Source: Naegleria gruberi
Lineage: Eukaryota
Length of the DNA: 1,568 bases
Assembly (NCBI GenBank): GCA_000004985.1
Contig: GG739381.1
Reading direction: 5' to 3' (one strand)
The notes under the pieces were generated by a model. It was not told the DNA's origin. It saw only the letters and a list, made by a program, of their open reading frames with translations, and searched no databases. How positions within the stretch are numbered: the first letter of the stretch is position 1; every line of letters starts with the position of its first letter. A program made the translations under genes and the position numbers. Below are positions 1 through 1,568 of the stretch, piece after piece.

Positions 1-429
1 CTGCATATGAAATTTTACCACCAACAAGATATTCCTTTCCACCTTCCAATGCTCTTTCAAAGAATTGCAATAATTTTGGTAATTTCTCCTTCAAAATGAT
101 TTGAATCTTTTGCTCGATACTTTCATTGGTGATTTCAGAAGAAACTGGATATGAGGCAGTAAAGGCCGATCTCAATAAAACATTCAAATCCAAAATTCCT
201 TCATAATATTGATCAATGAGACTTTCCTCAACGAGATCTTTACCAGCCAATCCAAATTTCTTACCCAAATATCTAACAATTGAAGATGATTGGACAAGTA
301 AGATTTGATCATCTTGATAACTTGGAAGTGAGTCAAAAGCAAGAGTTTTACTTTCTACAAGTTGTTTAAAAGCATCGGATTTTTCAGTTGGATGCCAAAC
401 TCCAACATTGACTTCATCATAATCAACTC
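1..429 (-). CDS. Glutathione S-transferase (nematode sigma/nu-class-like), exon 2, partial: continues beyond window start
   Basis: Reverse-strand translation from 429 downward is open to position 1 (about 143 codons). It reads (G)VDYDEVNVGVWHPTEKSDAFKQLVESKTLAFDSLPSYQDDQILLVQSSSIVRYLGKKFGLAGKDLVEESLIDQYYEGILDLNVLLRSAFTASYPVSSEITNESIEQKIQIILKEKLPKLLQFFERALEGGKEYLVGGKISYA. The QSxxIxRYLxxKFGLAGK motif and the C-terminal-domain LVGxKISYAD-like motif are as I recall them for C. elegans gst-4/gst-7-type GSTs. The window starts in-frame, roughly 35-45 aa short of a typical ~205-aa GST C-terminus. Confidence 0.85.
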
Positions 430-526
430 CTACTCATCAAATTATTTACAATTTTAATTAATATTAAATAAATATTAAATAATATTAAATAATATTAAAA
501 TTGTAATAATGATCATCCACACTTAC
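430..526 (-). other. Spliceosomal intron (97 nt, phase 1) of the GST gene; GTAAGT donor, ...TTGATGAGTAG acceptor
   Basis: Donor GTAAGT on the minus strand (plus 526..521). Only two AG dinucleotides are available before the conserved VDYDEV coding segment: the gag at 435..433 (AG 434..433) or the tag at 432..430 (AG 431..430). The tag|G acceptor has a pyrimidine at -3. It also yields ADCG-VDYDE, which preserves the Gly conserved in the AxxG-xxYED region of sigma GSTs. The alternative adds one Val (ADCVGVDY). Both are in frame. The acceptor lacks the Caenorhabditis UUUUCAG consensus. Confidence 0.7.
460..500. repeat. AT-rich tandem repeat (AATATTAAAT)x4, one unit 11 nt and the last with 1 mismatch, inside the GST intron
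   Basis: Direct reading: aatattaaat(a) aatattaaat aatattaaat aatattaaaa at 460..500. The composition is pure A/T. Confidence 0.85.
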
Positions 527-602
527 CACAATCAGCAAGAATAATTCTAATCAACTCTGATTTCCCTCTCGAGCTGAAATAAGTGAGTATTGGCTTGGAC
601 AT
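527..602 (-). CDS. Glutathione S-transferase exon 1 (start codon at 602..600; 25 codons + 1 nt, phase-1 junction)
   Basis: Minus-strand sequence is aaaaaaaATGtccaagccaatactcacttatttcagctcgagagggaaatcagagttgattagaattattcttgctgattgtg|GTAAGT. It translates to MSKPILTYFSSRGKSELIRIILADC. Tyr8 in LTYF matches the conserved catalytic Tyr of sigma/pi/mu-type GST N-termini. The start context is A-rich (nematode-like). The exon ends at a consensus G|GTAAGT donor. Confidence 0.8.
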
Positions 603-650
603 TTTTTTCTTCTTGTTTTCATTGTATTGAGAAGCCTTTCATCTATTGTG

Positions 651-658
651 TTTAAATA
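651..658 (-). promoter_or_regulatory. TATA-like element TATTTAAA, 56 bp upstream of the GST ATG
   Basis: Minus-strand sequence is aatATTTAAAcac (plus 658..651). A TSS about 25-30 bp downstream would give a short (~25 nt) 5'UTR. The element is quasi-palindromic (TTTAAATA on the plus strand), so the orientation is ambiguous. Confidence 0.35.
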
Positions 659-816
659 TTGGAAATGCTCTTCAATAAGATGAAGAAAGTTGATTCAGAG
701 AGGACGCAATATTTGATATTCCTTTCAATAGAATTCTATAGAAAAAAGCGCCTTTTGTTACCGTTTAACAATTAAAACAAAAATCATGAAGATCCGAAGT
801 GAAACAAATTGCATAG

Positions 817-824
817 ATTATCAA
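817..824 (-). promoter_or_regulatory. GATA-type motif TTGATAAT (minus-strand orientation)
   Basis: Plus strand reads attatcaa at 817..824, which is the reverse complement of TTGATAAT. It lies about 215 bp upstream of the GST ATG. The TGATAA core is the class of site bound by GATA factors (for example ELT-2-type intestinal factors in nematodes). Confidence 0.3.
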
Positions 825-840
825 CAAGAACATTGACTAA

Positions 841-858
841 GGGAATGTAGGGAATGTA
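841..858 (+). repeat. Perfect tandem duplication GGGAATGTA x2 (9-bp unit) in the intergenic region
   Basis: aagGGGAATGTAGGGAATGTAac, with copies at 841..849 and 850..858. Each copy contains GGAATG, whose complement CATTCC is the MCAT/TEA-domain core. It is immediately preceded by TGACTAA (834..840). Confidence 0.85.
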
Positions 859-921
859 ACACTGGCCTCAGCATTGGCGACACCATCACTCTTAACAGTT
901 AAACACTTGGTATAGATTAGC

Positions 922-929
922 TTGATAAT
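922..929 (+). promoter_or_regulatory. GATA-type motif TTGATAAT (plus-strand orientation), an inverted partner of the 817..824 site
   Basis: Plus strand reads cTTGATAATtt at 922..929. Like the first site, it is immediately preceded by an ATAGATTA 8-mer (912..919, versus 813..820 for the first). Confidence 0.3.
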
Positions 930-1091
930 TTCCTTCAGAACATTTCTATTGTTGCTAATATAACCATTGTTATATCCAATGAGTAGGCCAATCATCAACA
1001 CAACAGAAATAATTGAGATGGTAATTGAATAAAAAAAATTGTATTAATCTTTCTCTTTTCCTTGTGAAAAGTTAACTATGAATTGTTTGGG

Positions 1092-1104
1092 TTTTTTTTT
1101 TTTT
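1092..1104 (+). repeat. Homopolymer poly(T)13
   Basis: gggTTTTTTTTTTTTTgattcg, with 13 T at 1092..1104. It sits in the region upstream of the plus-strand ORF start. Confidence 0.9.
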
Positions 1105-1325
1105 GATTCGAGGAGTTTAAGAGTTGAGGAATGCTGTAAAACAACTTACAACGATGCGTGCGTATTGATTATTTCTTATGGAATCGATGGAATCCGTTTC
1201 CATTCTCAAGTTCATGTTGGAATCATGATGCGATTTTCCAGTCGAAATGATTATCAATTTTGTAAAATCAAAATGTACTGGAACGGGTTTACAATAGAGT
1301 TAATACTAAATCCGTCGGAAAAAAA

Positions 1326-1568
1326 ATGTCAAAGAGGTATTCGAATAATTCGTCATCATCGAATGCATCATCGATGTCTTCTTCTTCACCAAGAACAATA
1401 TTCGAAACAAGTGTTGGTGGATCCGCCAACACTAAACAATTTTCCTCTTCACCGACGCAATTAGTTTTAAATGTTTCGAATGACATTTCGAATAATACAA
1501 CATCTTCGGATAATCAAGAAATTAATACAACAATAACAAATTCATCATCGGAAACACTTCAGGAATGG
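1326..1568 (+). CDS. 5' part of a protein-coding gene with a Ser/Asn/Thr-rich low-complexity N-terminus (unknown product); open at window end
   Basis: Frame 3 has a stop (taa) at 1263..1265 and its first ATG at 1326, in an aaaaaaaATGtca context. The frame then stays open for 81 codons to the window end. It reads MSKRYSNNSSSSNASSMSSSSPRTIFETSVGGSANTKQFSSSPTQLVLNVSNDISNNTTSSDNQEINTTITNSSSETLQEW. There is no hydrophobic signal peptide. The product cannot be assigned. Further 5' exons upstream cannot be excluded. Confidence 0.45.
   Translation, partial: MSKRYSNNSSSSNASSMSSSSPRTIFETSVGGSANTKQFSSSPTQLVLNVSNDISNNTTSSDNQEINTTITNSSSETLQEW

Larger units (their letters stand above)
603..1325. promoter_or_regulatory. 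Shared intergenic / divergent promoter region between the minus-strand GST gene and the plus-strand Ser/Asn-rich ORF
   Basis: No convincing long ORF with a coding-like composition in either orientation. The region is flanked by two start codons pointing away from each other (602 on -, 1326 on +). It contains TATA-like, GATA-like and other short motifs described separately. Which part is 5'UTR is unknown. Confidence 0.45.

Noticed and set aside
250-330. Possible cryptic small intron in GST exon 2 (GTAGAA...CCAAG, 38 nt on the minus strand), considered because the WHPTEKSDAFKQLVESKTLAF segment is longer than in familiar GSTs
   Set aside because: 38 nt is below typical minimum intron size. Its removal would shift the frame and delete the conserved LPxxQ region. 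The continuous open frame with GST-like sequence throughout is more parsimonious.
578-586. Consensus-looking acceptor ttatTTCAG|ctcg on the minus strand inside GST exon 1
   Set aside because: Using it as a splice or trans-splice site would remove the MSKPILTYF N-terminus that carries the conserved catalytic Tyr. It simply encodes Y-F-S. Coincidental.
603-1077. SKN-1/Nrf-type sites (WWTRTCAT), DAF-16 DBE (GTAAACA / TGTTTAC) and HSE (GAAnnTTC) in the GST promoter
   Set aside because: Manual scan of both strands found only partial matches. These were aaaTCATg at 783..790, caaTCATc at 993..1000, TGTTTAAA at 648..655, and GAATTC with the wrong spacing at 732..737. No canonical site supports a call.
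1193-1200. GTTTC core (ccGTTTCca) reminiscent of the nematode 21U-RNA upstream (Ruby) motif
   Set aside because: Only the 5-nt core matches. The flanking AT-rich extended motif and an appropriately spaced downstream T-initiated 21-mer are not evident.
1078-1464. 128-aa plus-strand ORF from the supplied track (MNCLGFFFFDSRSLRVEECC...IRHHRMHHRCLLLHQEQ...)
   Set aside because: It begins inside a poly(T) run (the FFFF stretch). Its His/Arg/Leu-rich tail is exactly the alternative-frame reading of the Ser-rich TCA/TCG/TCT codon series. Frame 3 instead has an A-rich start context and stays open to the window end. I judge this ORF a frame artefact, though a 5' exon in this region is not excluded.
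1289-1486. 65-aa minus-strand acidic ORF (…EEEDIDDAFDDDELFEYLFDIFF…)
   Set aside because: It is the antisense image of the Ser/Asn-rich plus-strand codons (TCATCG etc. read as GATGA...). It is closed at both ends within 200 nt. Nothing upstream resembles a promoter or start context.
1338-1500. tRNA-like or T-loop-like strings (tattcgaataattcg, gtttcgaatgacatttcgaata) and small palindromes (cgaatAattcg, CATCGATG)
   Set aside because: No cloverleaf can be built: there is no acceptor-stem complementarity and no GTTC-type T-arm with a matching D-arm. They are codon-level repeats (SNN) inside the Ser/Asn-rich ORF.
1-1568. Prokaryotic-style interpretation (operon, defence system, CRISPR, mobile element)
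   Set aside because: There is a spliceosomal intron with GTAAGT..AG, AAAA-ATG start contexts and no Shine-Dalgarno motifs. A sigma/nu-class GST and low-complexity Ser/Asn-rich coding all indicate a eukaryotic (nematode-like) locus. No direct repeat/spacer array, terminal inverted repeats or transposase-like ORF is present.

Overview
This window looks eukaryotic and most resembles AT-rich nematode (Caenorhabditis-like) genomic DNA. It is about 1/3 GC, has a spliceosomal GT..AG intron, and both start codons sit in an AAAAAAAATG context. I see two divergently transcribed protein-coding genes flanking a ~720-bp intergenic/promoter region.

(1) Minus strand: a glutathione S-transferase of the nematode sigma/nu-class type.
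- Exon 1 is 527..602, with the ATG at 602..600. It encodes MSKPILTYFSSRGKSELIRIILADC.
- A 97-nt phase-1 intron spans 430..526. Its donor is GTAAGT and its acceptor is a non-canonical ...GAGTAG.
- Exon 2 is 1..429 and runs off the window start.
- The frame is open throughout and contains the GST hallmarks LTYF (catalytic Tyr8) and VQSSSIVRYLGKKFGLAGKD.

(2) Plus strand: a Ser/Asn/Thr-rich low-complexity ORF starts at 1326 (aaaaaaaATGtca) and is still open at the window end (81 codons). Its product is unknown.

The intergenic region carries several candidate regulatory elements:
- a TATA-like TATTTAAA 56 bp upstream of the GST ATG;
- two inverted TTGATAAT GATA-type motifs, each next to a repeated ATAGATTA 8-mer;
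- a perfect tandem 9-mer GGGAATGTA x2 containing the GGAATG (TEA/MCAT-like) core;
- an AP-1/ARE-like TGACTAA;
- a 13-nt poly(T).

The GST intron contains a (AATATTAAAT)x4 AT-rich tandem repeat.

The 128-aa and 65-aa ORFs in the supplied track are most likely frame artefacts of the Ser-rich coding region. I see nothing prokaryotic: no defence-system-like operon, CRISPR array or mobile element. All calls are made by eye from the sequence. Homology statements are from memory of the GST family and would need BLAST/HMM confirmation.
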